In this document: positions 48,241 through 57,477 of the stretch, piece by piece | How positions within the stretch are numbered: the stretch's first letter is position 1 | How the letters are laid out: each line of letters opens with the position of its first letter | Assembly (NCBI GenBank): GCA_034432595.1 | Contig: DAOUBT010000052.1 | Coordinates: forward strand, 1 to 64,000 | DNA from: Anaerolineae bacterium | GTDB taxonomy: Bacteria; Chloroflexota; Anaerolineae; B4-G1; SLSP01 | DNA: 64,000 nucleotides | Reading direction: 5' to 3' | The notes under the pieces: model-generated | The model's input: only the letters and a program-made list of their open reading frames with translations | Databases searched by the model: none | Told to the model about the DNA's origin: nothing | Made by a program: the position numbers and the translations under genes

Positions 48241-51200
48241 ATGGATGAAGGTTGGGTATCGGGAGGGCCAGAAGCCGCGCGGCAGTTTGAACGCTTGCTG
48301 ATTTACCACCCCTATCTCCTATCTCATCTGCAAGACCTGCTCAACGCGGTGGTAGCCTATGTACCCCGGATCGTCGTCCAGACCATGTTGGACGCACCGA
48401 CCCTGGAACCTTACGCCCTGCCGGTTGAAGGCACGGTCATGTTCGCCGATATTGACGGATTTACCCCCCTCGCCGAGCAATTCTCGGCTTCCGCTTCGGA
48501 AGAAGGCGCCGATTTACTGACCGGCATCGTCAATCAGTTCCTGGAGCTGCTCATACAGGCCTGCGCGCAATACGGCGGCGACCTGCAGAAATTCGGCGGA
48601 GATGCCGGCATGGTGCTTTTCACTGGCCCGGATCACGCCTTGCGCGCCATCGCTGCCGGCCTTGAGGTGCAGCGTCAGATGCTTGCCGCCCTGAGCGAGG
48701 TAAGCACGCCTTTTGGCGTGTTTCCGTTGCGCGTCTCCATCGGCCTGGGGAGCGGGCGCATGGTGGGGATGAGCCTTGGCACACAGGCCGGGCGCGAGTG
48801 GTTCCTGAGTGGCCCGCCCCTGCGTGGGATGGGTCGTGCCCAGAGCGCCACCCCGCCTGAACGAGTTGGCATGGATCTGGCTACCCTGCAGGCCTGTGAG
48901 CAGAAGGTGCGCGTCAGCCCGCTGGAGCACGATCTCTATCTGGTGGAAGAGCTGCTCGCCCAACCCACCCCAACCCCTGCCGAGATCCGTCTCCTCATCC
49001 CCGAAGCCTCTCCCATGCGCCGCCTGCTGTGGCTGATGCAGCGTTTGGACACCATCACCCCCTATCTCCCGCCGCGCGTGCTGGAGAACATCACCACGGC
49101 CATCGCGCTGGATCAGGCCACCCGTTTGGTGAGCGAGCTGCGCAAAGTCACCATCCTCATGCTTTCCCTCAGCGCCTGGCCCGACCCCACCATCTTCTGG
49201 GATAACCCCGCCGGACTGAGGGAGACGGTGCTTGCTCAAAACCGCGAATTTGTCCAAATCCGCGACATCATTCAGCGCTACGATGGCATCGTCAACAAAA
49301 TCGGCAGTTCTCCGCAGGGCGCTTTCCTGATGGCCATTTTTGGCGCGCCGGTAAGCCATGAGGATGACGCCCTGCGCGCGGTCCTGACGGCCCTGGAACT
49401 GCAGGAAGAAGCCGAAATCCCGCTGCGTATCGGCATCAACGCGGGCTTTGTCTTTGCCGGGGATGTGGGAAGCGCGCAACGCCGCGAGTACACCGTGATG
49501 GGCGACGAGGTCAATCTGGCCTACCGCCTGATGACGAGCGCGCGGCCCGGCGAAACCTGGATTGGCCCCAAAACGGCGCGGGAAAGCGGAGTACAGCGCC
49601 GTGTCGAAGGTGAAACCCTGCCCCCGCAGGTCTTCAAAGGCATCCGTGAACCCCTCGCGCCCTTCCTCGCGCGCCGTTTGCGTCGCTCCTTTATCGGCGT
49701 CGAAGTGAGCGGCGGCAAGGTGGTGGGACGCAGCGCGGAGCAGCAACGTCTGCAACGCGCCCTGGAGCTGGCCGAAGCAGGTCGCTCGCAGGTGATCTTG
49801 CTTTCCGGCCCGGCGGGCGTGGGGAAAAGCACCTTAGTGCAGGATGCGCTCACCCGCGCGCAGGCGCTGCACCTGCTGCCCTGCGTCGGCATTGCCCCCA
49901 CCTATGGCACGCACCTCCCCTATGCGGTGTGGGAGGCGCCCCTCCTCGCCCTGCTCCACCTGGATGAAGTGCCGCCCGCAGAGCGCGCCGCAACCCTGTT
50001 GAAACGGTTGGCTCAGTTCGATCTGGCTCCCTGGGCAGCGTTGTTAGCGCCGCTGATGGGGCTGGACATCGCGCCATCACCGGAAGTGAGCGCGCTCAGC
50101 CCTGCCCAACGCGAGGCACAGCGCGTGCTCACCTTCCGCCTGCTCTGGGAACGGGCAGCCCGCGTCACCCCCGCCCTGCTCGTGATTGAAAACGCGCAAT
50201 GGCTCTCTCCCGCCGCCCTGGAGCTGCTCGATGCCCTCCTTCGTCAGCCTTTGGAAGCTCCGTTGGCCATCCTCATCACCTGTCGCGACGAAGAAACCAT
50301 CCTGCACCACTGGGCGCAGATCGGGCAACAGGACTGGCATCTCTGCCCCCTCAATCCGCTCCCCTCGCAGGCCATGGTGGATATTGTGCGACAGGCGGCG
50401 CGCACCGATACCCTGCCCCGCGAGGTAGAGCGCTGGCTGGTCAAACGCAGCAGTGGCCTGCCCCTGTTCGCCATCGAAGGCCTGCAAAGCCTGCTGGCGG
50501 CGGGACTGCTGGAAGAACACAACGGGCAATGGCAGCTCACCGGCCCCCTGGAGGAGGTCTCTTTGCCGGAAAACGTGTACGCCCTGGTGCAAAGTCGCAT
50601 TGATCAGTTGGATCCACCGGGGCGGCACCTTTTACGCGCGGCGGCGGTCATCGGCGAACAAATGACCCTGCCCATGTTGGTCGCCGGCTACGGCGAGGAA
50701 TCCGAACGCGCGGTGCAACGTCGCCTTCCCCGTCTTGGGCCGCTGGGGCTGGTCAGTGGCGATGATACCGGTCAGACCCTGATTTTCCGCCAACCCCTGG
50801 TGCGTGAAGTGGCCTTCCGCGGCCTGCCGGCGCGCATTCAGCGTGCCATCCACGCGCGCCTTGCCGTCTATCTCGATCAACAACGCGAACACGTCACCTC
50901 GAATTGGCTGGCGTTGCTGGCTTATCACGCCTTTGAAGGGCAGGTCTGGGATCTGGCGCTCTGGGCCAACATGGAGCTGGGCGAGCGCAGCTTGCAGGCG
51001 TATCTGACCACGCAAGCGAGGCAGGCTTTCATGCGCACGCTGGAGGCGCTACAACTGAGCAAACTCGTCCTGCCCGACTTGAGCTACAAAGCGCATCACT
51101 TGCTGGGGGAGACGCTTTCGATTCTGGGACAGTATGAAGAAGCGCTGCAGCATTTTGAGGCGGCGCAAACGTACCTGCCCGATCCGCCGATGACGCTTGA

Positions 51201-52341
51201 GGATATGCGGCACTTTGCCCATGTGTGTTATCACCGCGCCTCAGCCCTGGAAGCCCTGGGACGGTATGAGGACGCTTTCGCCGCTGTCCGCCGCGGTCTC
51301 GCCCTGCCGTCCATCGAAACCACGTTAGAGGGCGCGCAGCTCATGCTCATCGGCGCGGGCCTCTACCACCGACAGGGCCGGAGCGAGGAGGCCGAAACCT
51401 GGGCTGCACGCAGCAGCGAAGTGGCCATATCCTTGCCAGATGAAGAAGCGCAAAAAGTACATGCGCGCGCGCTCTATCTGCGCGCGGTGCTGGCTTCTGT
51501 GCGGGGGGAGATGGAGTGCGCGGTTGAATTCGGCACGCAAAGCGTCGAGCTGTACCGCCATCTGCTAGACCTGATGGGGGAAATGAATGCGCTCACCAAC
51601 CTGTGTCTGGTCAACCTCAATCGCGGGGCCTGGAATGAGGCTGTCAAACAGGGGGAAAGTGCGCTGCGCATCGCGCAGCGCATCAATCACCTGGAAGGGA
51701 AAGCGCGCATCCTGGCCAACCTGGGCGAACTATACCGCTACCGCGGTGACTTCGCCAAAGCACGGGAGGCTTACACCACGGCCCTGGAGATTGTGCACGA
51801 GCGCGGCATGGCCTACGGCGAGGCGCTGATGGAGAATAACCTGGCAGCGTTGGCTCTGGCCGAAGGGCAGCTCGATGAGGCCAGGGACCGTCTGGAGCGC
51901 GCCTTCGCCCTCTTCGAGAAAATCCGTGCGGAACGCATGTACGCAGAGTTGTACCGTCACAAAGCGGAATGGCTCCTGCTGTGCAAAGCGCTGGACGAGG
52001 CGCGCACCTGGGCGCAACGCGCTTTCGAACAGGCACAGCAGCTCAAATCGCAGGTGGAAATGGGCCTGGCGCAGCTCTGCCTGGCGGAAATTGCTCTGGC
52101 TGCGGACGCTCTGGAGGAGGCACTCAGGACAAGCCTGGAAGCCGCACAGATGCTTGAACGCGCCGGCGATCGCTACAACCTGGGACGCGCCTGGCTTGTC
52201 GCGGCACAGGTGGCCGTGCGACAGCAGAATTTTAGCCGTGCGCGCGCTTACGCGGAACAGGCACAGACCCTCTTCAAGCCGCTGGGAGCCCGTCCGCTTC
52301 TGGAAAGCGTGGCCGCGCTCGTCAAAGCATTACCGGATTAG
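48241..52341 (+). CDS. large signalling protein: two class III nucleotidyl cyclase domains + STAND/AAA P-loop NTPase + TPR array
   Basis: CYC-1 (VMFADIDGFTPLAEQF...GDAGMVLF). CYC-2 (GAFLMAIFGAPVSHEDDALRAV...FAGDVGSAQRREYTVMGDEVNLAYRL). P-loop ILLSGPAGVGKSTL. C-terminal TPR-like helices for ~500 aa. ATG 48241 (RBS GGGGGAGA) preferred over 48187. Confidence 0.75.
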   Translation: MDEGWVSGGPEAARQFERLLIYHPYLLSHLQDLLNAVVAYVPRIVVQTMLDAPTLEPYALPVEGTVMFADIDGFTPLAEQFSASASEEGADLLTGIVNQFLELLIQACAQYGGDLQKFGGDAGMVLFTGPDHALRAIAAGLEVQRQMLAALSEVSTPFGVFPLRVSIGLGSGRMVGMSLGTQAGREWFLSGPPLRGMGRAQSATPPERVGMDLATLQACEQKVRVSPLEHDLYLVEELLAQPTPTPAEIRLLIPEASPMRRLLWLMQRLDTITPYLPPRVLENITTAIALDQATRLVSELRKVTILMLSLSAWPDPTIFWDNPAGLRETVLAQNREFVQIRDIIQRYDGIVNKIGSSPQGAFLMAIFGAPVSHEDDALRAVLTALELQEEAEIPLRIGINAGFVFAGDVGSAQRREYTVMGDEVNLAYRLMTSARPGETWIGPKTARESGVQRRVEGETLPPQVFKGIREPLAPFLARRLRRSFIGVEVSGGKVVGRSAEQQRLQRALELAEAGRSQVILLSGPAGVGKSTLVQDALTRAQALHLLPCVGIAPTYGTHLPYAVWEAPLLALLHLDEVPPAERAATLLKRLAQFDLAPWAALLAPLMGLDIAPSPEVSALSPAQREAQRVLTFRLLWERAARVTPALLVIENAQWLSPAALELLDALLRQPLEAPLAILITCRDEETILHHWAQIGQQDWHLCPLNPLPSQAMVDIVRQAARTDTLPREVERWLVKRSSGLPLFAIEGLQSLLAAGLLEEHNGQWQLTGPLEEVSLPENVYALVQSRIDQLDPPGRHLLRAAAVIGEQMTLPMLVAGYGEESERAVQRRLPRLGPLGLVSGDDTGQTLIFRQPLVREVAFRGLPARIQRAIHARLAVYLDQQREHVTSNWLALLAYHAFEGQVWDLALWANMELGERSLQAYLTTQARQAFMRTLEALQLSKLVLPDLSYKAHHLLGETLSILGQYEEALQHFEAAQTYLPDPPMTLEDMRHFAHVCYHRASALEALGRYEDAFAAVRRGLALPSIETTLEGAQLMLIGAGLYHRQGRSEEAETWAARSSEVAISLPDEEAQKVHARALYLRAVLASVRGEMECAVEFGTQSVELYRHLLDLMGEMNALTNLCLVNLNRGAWNEAVKQGESALRIAQRINHLEGKARILANLGELYRYRGDFAKAREAYTTALEIVHERGMAYGEALMENNLAALALAEGQLDEARDRLERAFALFEKIRAERMYAELYRHKAEWLLLCKALDEARTWAQRAFEQAQQLKSQVEMGLAQLCLAEIALAADALEEALRTSLEAAQMLERAGDRYNLGRAWLVAAQVAVRQQNFSRARAYAEQAQTLFKPLGARPLLESVAALVKALPD

Positions 52342-52519
52342 CCGTTCACGTTCATCACCTCTACTTTCTTCTCCATCCCCGGTATTGTGGTTGGGCTGCC
52401 GATGTGAAGCCTGTCGCACGCAGCTCAGAGAAGCTATGGTAAGAGACTCTGCGTTTCTCCGCGTTCCTGGCGGTTAACCCACGGCAGATTTCTGCCCAAG
52501 AAAGAAAAGGAGGAAGGAC

Positions 52520-55500
52520 ATGAAACGCTTTTCACTCTGGATCAGTATTCTGGTGGTTTTGGGGTTGATGCTGGGGATGTTCGACATGCCATCGGCCCTG
52601 CTGGCCAAGATGTTGACCACCGTCACCGCGCCGTCACCCATGGCCCTGACTTCCTACGGCATCTCGCCCCTGCCCGTGCCGCCACCGGATCGGCCGACGC
52701 TGGGGACGGAATGCCCAGTCCCCTACTACACCGTAAGTAGCACGACGGCTCAGACCAGCGTGGCGGTGATGAACAGCAGCGCCATGACCAGCACGGTACG
52801 GCTCTACCTGTGGCCCACCACGGGCGGCAGCTTCTCAAACGGAAGCAAAATCGAGCGCACCCTGCCGCCTTACGGCAGCACCGTTTTCAGCGCGGCCGAG
52901 ATTGCCGCAGCCCGTTCCGGTGCCACGGAAGGGACAGGCTGGGTGGTCGGCACAGAGCGCGTCACCTGCCTGGTGCGCTTCGGCGTCCTGAGCAGCAGTG
53001 CGACTTACCTGGCCTCATATCAGCCCGTCGCTGCGCCGCATCTCACCTTCCCCATGGTCAAGGCCCTGCGCGCGGATTTACAGCCGCGTTTCTACATCCA
53101 GAACGCCGAACCGGCCACCACCATCACCGCGCGCGGACGGTTGTTGCGCGGGCAGGAGGTGCTGAGGGAATTCACGGTCTCTCTGGCGCCGCACAAGGTC
53201 TACCTCTTCGATCCCACGTCTTACCTGGGCGGAGGCGAGGCTGTCTTCCAGGTGGAGGGGGAGAACGGGCGACAGGTAGCAGCGGCGCTGGTGCAGGTGG
53301 ATGGCAGCGGTAACGTCGTCGAAGCCTGGAGTCCCACCATCACCGGTGAAGGGACCAACAGGACCATCGCGCCGCGCGTGGGCCTTCACAACGACCACAT
53401 CAGCAGCGAATTGTGGCTGGAGCACAACGATTGGAACGCCAACACGGGCAGCCTGATCACCTACAATGCCGGCAATGGCACGCTCAAAAGCTCCCAGAGC
53501 TTCAACCTGGCCCGCTATGTGCCGACCCAAGCAACGCTCCCCTATAGCCCGTGGCTGGGCAGCGCCGCCGGCAACGGCAGCGATCCGCAAGCCGTTTTCA
53601 TGGGGCTGACGGTGGAACGCCTGCCGGGAGATGACGCGGGAAGAGACCTGGCCGGTTACACCCTGCTCAATCGCGGACAAAGCGCCACGCACTACCTGCC
53701 GGACATACACCGCTACCCGGATCGCTTTACGGCTTACTGGGTTTACAACCCCGGCACCACGCCGGTTACCGCCACCCTCACCATCTACGACGCACAGGGA
53801 CGTGCGCGCCTGCACGCGACACGGCTTCTGCTGGCCCACAGCAGCGTCTTGTGGGATGCCGGTCCGATCTTCCCCCTGGGCATGGGATTCCAGGGCGCCG
53901 GGCTTGTGGAGGCCACCGCACCGGTGATGGTGGTGGGCTATGAGATGGGGGTTGCCAATGCGCCCGCCGTGCTCGATACTCATGAGTTCAACGACACCTA
54001 TTACGATGCGACAGCCTGGCCCGCCCAAGCCGGCAGTGTGCAGGGCTATGTTGAATGGCCCATGGATCGAGACTGGTACCGCATTCATCTGGACGCCGGG
54101 AAGGCCGTTACCATCACGCTCTCGAATCTGCCTGCCGATTACGATCTGCTCTTCGTCCCGGAAAGTGCCCTGTGGCCGAATTCAAGCACCAGCACTTCCT
54201 TAGGTCCGCTGGATAACGGCACAGGGGTAGACGAAGAAGGCAATGTGGAATCCATTGGCGGCTGGGAAGCCATCGGTGGCTGGGAAGCTATCGGCGGATG
54301 GGAGGCCATCGGCGGTTGGGAGGCCATTGGTGGCTGGGAAGCTATCGGCGGTTGGGAGGCCATCGGTGGCTGGGAGGCCATCGGTGGCTGGGAAGCCATC
54401 GGCGGTTGGGAGGCCATCGGCGGCTGGGAAGCCATCGGCGGCTGGGAAGCTATCGGCGGTTGGGAAGCTATCGGCGGCTGGGAAGCTATCGGCGGTTGGG
54501 AGGCCATCGGCGGCTGGGAGGCTATCGCCGCGGTCGCTTCTCTTTCGGCTAACCCTGGCCTGACCAATGAGCGCATCCGCACCACGGTGGAGGCCACGGG
54601 AGATTACTATATCATCGTGATAGGGCGGTATAACCAGAACGCCCGCACGCGACCCTACACGCTCCAGGTGGAAACCGGCACACTGCCCCAAACCTCCTGC
54701 ACCTGGACGCAGCCCACGCCGACTCTGACGGCGCAAGCTTACCGTCCCAGCGCCAACCCGCAAACCCTCATCCTCTACAACCAGAAACGCCTGGAAGCAA
54801 AATACGGGCCGCAGGCCACCAGTGCTCTGGTCAACGCTCTGCACGCGCTGGCGGATAACAACGCGGTGCAGGGTTACGTCTATCCGGTGGAGCTGAACGC
54901 GAATGTGGACGCGGCCTACGCGGATTGGAATAACCAATACTGCAGTGTCCAACACGCTAACACAGTGGTGGAAACCATCCGCAAAAAGCTGCTCTTCCCC
55001 ATCCTGAATCAGTACCCCTCGATTAAGTACGTGGTCATCGTGGGGAATGACGAGCAAATTCCCTTCTACCGGATGCATGACCTGGCCCACGTAGCCCCGG
55101 AAAAAGACTACACCTATGCACGGGATGCCAACAAAATCAACCCGGCACCGGTTTGGAATGCCTTAAAATCCGGCTACTACTTTACCGATGACGGTTACGG
55201 TGCAACGGCCACGGATGAACGCGGTTGGCGTGGGCGCACGATCTTCGCTCCTTCGCGCGCGGTCGGGCGCCTGGTGGAAACCCCCGCGGAGATTCAGGAC
55301 CTCATCACACAGTTCCTGGCGCAACCCACCCTCACCTCGCAAAAGACCCTGGTGACCGGCTACGACTTCCTTGGCGACGCGGCCACACAAATCGCCGACC
55401 TGTTGGATGCTCACCATGCTTCCCCTGGTCAGCGCCTCATCAATAACACGTGGAACCGTTCGCAGTTGGTGAGTGCCTGGCCCAATCACAGCAGCGGGCT

Positions 55501-56818
55501 TGCGCCATCCCTGGCCTCCATCAACGCCCACTTCAACCATTGGAGTGCGCAACCAGCCTCGTATGCAGGCGGCTTCTTCTACAACACCGATATCCTCAAC
55601 GCTACAGCGCAGCTCAAAGGCACCGTGGCCTGGTCAGTCGGCTGCCACTCCGGGCTGAACGTGCCCGATGCCATTGAGATCACCACGCAGGCCACGCCGG
55701 ACCTGGCACAAGCGCTGGCGCGCAAACAGGCGGTCTGGATTGGCAATACAGGCTATGGCTACGGCTCCAGTGATGGCGTGGTTGCCTCCGAGCAGTTGAT
55801 GGTGTATTTCACACAACGACTGATGGGAAATGGAGCGGTGGCGGTTGGGGAAGCGCTACGCAGCGCCAAGGGAGCCTACCTGGGCAGCATCCCGGCCAGC
55901 AGCATGGATCCGGAAGAACTGAAAGCCATCACCGAGGCCACGCTGTACGGCCTGCCCATGTACAAAGTCATCACGCCCAAACTCGCGCAAACTATGGAAA
56001 CGACGCCGCGCTGGTTGCACTTCACATCAGGCACGACCTCGCAGGTACCGGGGCGCGACTTCTCTCTGGAAGCGAACTTCACCTTGCACACAGGGACGAA
56101 CGGCACCTTCTACAGCGTGGGCGATGCCACGATCAACACCGTCGCCAATCCGGGCCTGCCCATCCTGCCCGCCCTGGCGGAACCCATCACGGACGTACCT
56201 GCGGGCTACACGGCACGCGACGTGCTTCTGCTGAGCGCGACCTTTGAGGCCCACACCGTCCCCAATCCTTCGGTCACGCGCATCGTCACCGATACAACCC
56301 TGCCGGAGCCATCGCTGAATCCCGATTGGGGCCTGTATCCGCAACGTCCGTTCATCGTGAACCGCGCCGGCGACACGCCACGCCTGGCCGCCATCATGGC
56401 CTACTTCGACGCCGCAAAATCCTCCATCTATCTCTTCAAAGAAGCCGCGGGACGCATCACCTACGCGCCGGAGGGCAATAGTGACTTCAACCCGCCGCGC
56501 GTGCTCAGCGCCCTGGCGCGCACAAGCAGCAGCCGGTGGGACCTCTTCGCGCAGGTCGTGGATGATAGTGGAGTAGCGGAAGTGTGGTTCACCTTCTTCA
56601 CGCCAGAGGGCCTCTTCAGCGTGCCGTTGACGCGCGTGCCGGATGACGTAAGCGGGCAGTTATGGACCGGCAGCGCGCCAGATGTCCCGGCCGGTGCGGG
56701 GTACATGGTGCAGGCGGTGGATACCGCGGGCAACGTCAAATTAGCTATGGCGGATAAGGGCAGCTTCACGCCACCGAGTCATCGTATTTTCTTAAGCCTG
56801 GTCTTGCGCAAGAAATAA
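52520..56818 (+). CDS. 1432-aa secreted multidomain protein: PPC (pre-peptidase C-terminal) domain with an embedded heptad array, followed by a putative C25/gingipain-like cysteine peptidase region and C-terminal beta domains
   Basis: Signal peptide. PPC motifs (DRDWYRIHLDAGKAVTITLSNLPADYDLLFV ... GDYYIIVIGRYNQNARTRPYTLQV). Downstream LILYNQKRL...KYVVIVGNDEQIPFY...NHWSA...VAWSVGCHSG resembles the C25 His/Cys arrangement; this is an inference. RBS AAAGGAGGAAGG. Confidence 0.7.
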   Translation: MKRFSLWISILVVLGLMLGMFDMPSALLAKMLTTVTAPSPMALTSYGISPLPVPPPDRPTLGTECPVPYYTVSSTTAQTSVAVMNSSAMTSTVRLYLWPTTGGSFSNGSKIERTLPPYGSTVFSAAEIAAARSGATEGTGWVVGTERVTCLVRFGVLSSSATYLASYQPVAAPHLTFPMVKALRADLQPRFYIQNAEPATTITARGRLLRGQEVLREFTVSLAPHKVYLFDPTSYLGGGEAVFQVEGENGRQVAAALVQVDGSGNVVEAWSPTITGEGTNRTIAPRVGLHNDHISSELWLEHNDWNANTGSLITYNAGNGTLKSSQSFNLARYVPTQATLPYSPWLGSAAGNGSDPQAVFMGLTVERLPGDDAGRDLAGYTLLNRGQSATHYLPDIHRYPDRFTAYWVYNPGTTPVTATLTIYDAQGRARLHATRLLLAHSSVLWDAGPIFPLGMGFQGAGLVEATAPVMVVGYEMGVANAPAVLDTHEFNDTYYDATAWPAQAGSVQGYVEWPMDRDWYRIHLDAGKAVTITLSNLPADYDLLFVPESALWPNSSTSTSLGPLDNGTGVDEEGNVESIGGWEAIGGWEAIGGWEAIGGWEAIGGWEAIGGWEAIGGWEAIGGWEAIGGWEAIGGWEAIGGWEAIGGWEAIGGWEAIGGWEAIGGWEAIAAVASLSANPGLTNERIRTTVEATGDYYIIVIGRYNQNARTRPYTLQVETGTLPQTSCTWTQPTPTLTAQAYRPSANPQTLILYNQKRLEAKYGPQATSALVNALHALADNNAVQGYVYPVELNANVDAAYADWNNQYCSVQHANTVVETIRKKLLFPILNQYPSIKYVVIVGNDEQIPFYRMHDLAHVAPEKDYTYARDANKINPAPVWNALKSGYYFTDDGYGATATDERGWRGRTIFAPSRAVGRLVETPAEIQDLITQFLAQPTLTSQKTLVTGYDFLGDAATQIADLLDAHHASPGQRLINNTWNRSQLVSAWPNHSSGLAPSLASINAHFNHWSAQPASYAGGFFYNTDILNATAQLKGTVAWSVGCHSGLNVPDAIEITTQATPDLAQALARKQAVWIGNTGYGYGSSDGVVASEQLMVYFTQRLMGNGAVAVGEALRSAKGAYLGSIPASSMDPEELKAITEATLYGLPMYKVITPKLAQTMETTPRWLHFTSGTTSQVPGRDFSLEANFTLHTGTNGTFYSVGDATINTVANPGLPILPALAEPITDVPAGYTARDVLLLSATFEAHTVPNPSVTRIVTDTTLPEPSLNPDWGLYPQRPFIVNRAGDTPRLAAIMAYFDAAKSSIYLFKEAAGRITYAPEGNSDFNPPRVLSALARTSSSRWDLFAQVVDDSGVAEVWFTFFTPEGLFSVPLTRVPDDVSGQLWTGSAPDVPAGAGYMVQAVDTAGNVKLAMADKGSFTPPSHRIFLSLVLRKK
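54257..54526 (+). repeat. coding 21-nt tandem repeats encoding 13 perfect GGWEAIG heptads
   Basis: Units ggc ggc tgg gaa gcc atc ggt. The copies differ only at third codon positions. Located inside the PPC domain between its two conserved halves. Confidence 0.85.
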
Positions 56819-57019
56819 GCGGAAGCGCGCCTGGTTTGTGGACGCAGAGGGGCTTGCTCCTCTGCGTCCCCTTATCTGCGGAGGCTGGATGTTGGAAGTT
56901 GGAAGCCGGAAGCTGGCAGCAGTTGCACTTGGCGTGGCGCATTGACTTTCTTCCGCTTTGATTTATAGTTAGTTTTGTAAACTGGAATCCAAGGTAAAAA
57001 ACCATAATCAGGAGGAACC

Positions 57020-57262
57020 ATGGCTCTTTGCCCGGAATGCGAAGCAAAATTGACCCTGCCCGAAGATATTGACGTTGGGGATGTGGTCGTCTGCAAAACC
57101 TGCGAAGCCGTGCTGGAAGTCATCAATCTCCGCCCCCTGGAGCTTGAACTGGTACGTTATCTCGACGATACGGAAGAGGACGAGGAAGAGGAGCTGGAGG
57201 ACTTCGAGGATATCGAACTCGATTGGGAACTCGACGAGGACGAGGAAGAGGAGAGCGAGTAA
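57020..57262 (+). CDS. LysW-like zinc-ribbon protein with a long poly-acidic C-terminal tail (80 aa)
   Basis: MALCPECEAKLTLPEDIDVGDVVVCKTCEAVLEVINLRPLELEL aligns by eye with the LysW/ArgW amino-group carrier zinc ribbon (CPxCGAEL...CxxCGAELEV...PLxLE). A 35-aa D/E-rich tail follows. RBS AGGAGGA. Confidence 0.55.
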   Translation: MALCPECEAKLTLPEDIDVGDVVVCKTCEAVLEVINLRPLELELVRYLDDTEEDEEEELEDFEDIELDWELDEDEEEESE

Positions 57263-57291
57263 ACCCGGACGGGTTCCGCACGCCGCAACGT

Positions 57292-57325
57292 AAAAAGCCC
57301 CCTGAACAGAGGGGGCTTTTTACGT
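57292..57325 (+). terminator. intrinsic terminator after the LysW-like gene
   Basis: Hairpin agccccct-gaacag-agggggct followed by ttttt. Confidence 0.65.
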
Positions 57326-57477
57326 ATTACCGCGGGTGCAATTTTAACCACAGGTTTGGATAGGGTATCCGATGATTTCAACTCCCTTTGAGCGGGCTTG
57401 GGGTATACCCTTACCCCGCCTGCATGTTCTCTCGCCTCGTAACCCAGGCAGGCTGAGCCGTTCCGCCTTCTTTATCT

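Noticed and set aside
54139-55090. ORFs 54139..54597 (-), 54243..54563 (+), 54298..54552 (+) and 54200..55090 (-) with ASQPPM / RRLGGH-type repeats
   Set aside because: These are alternative-frame or antisense translations of the GGWEAIG 21-nt array and flanks. The in-frame giant ORF has a signal peptide and PPC motifs on both sides of the array.
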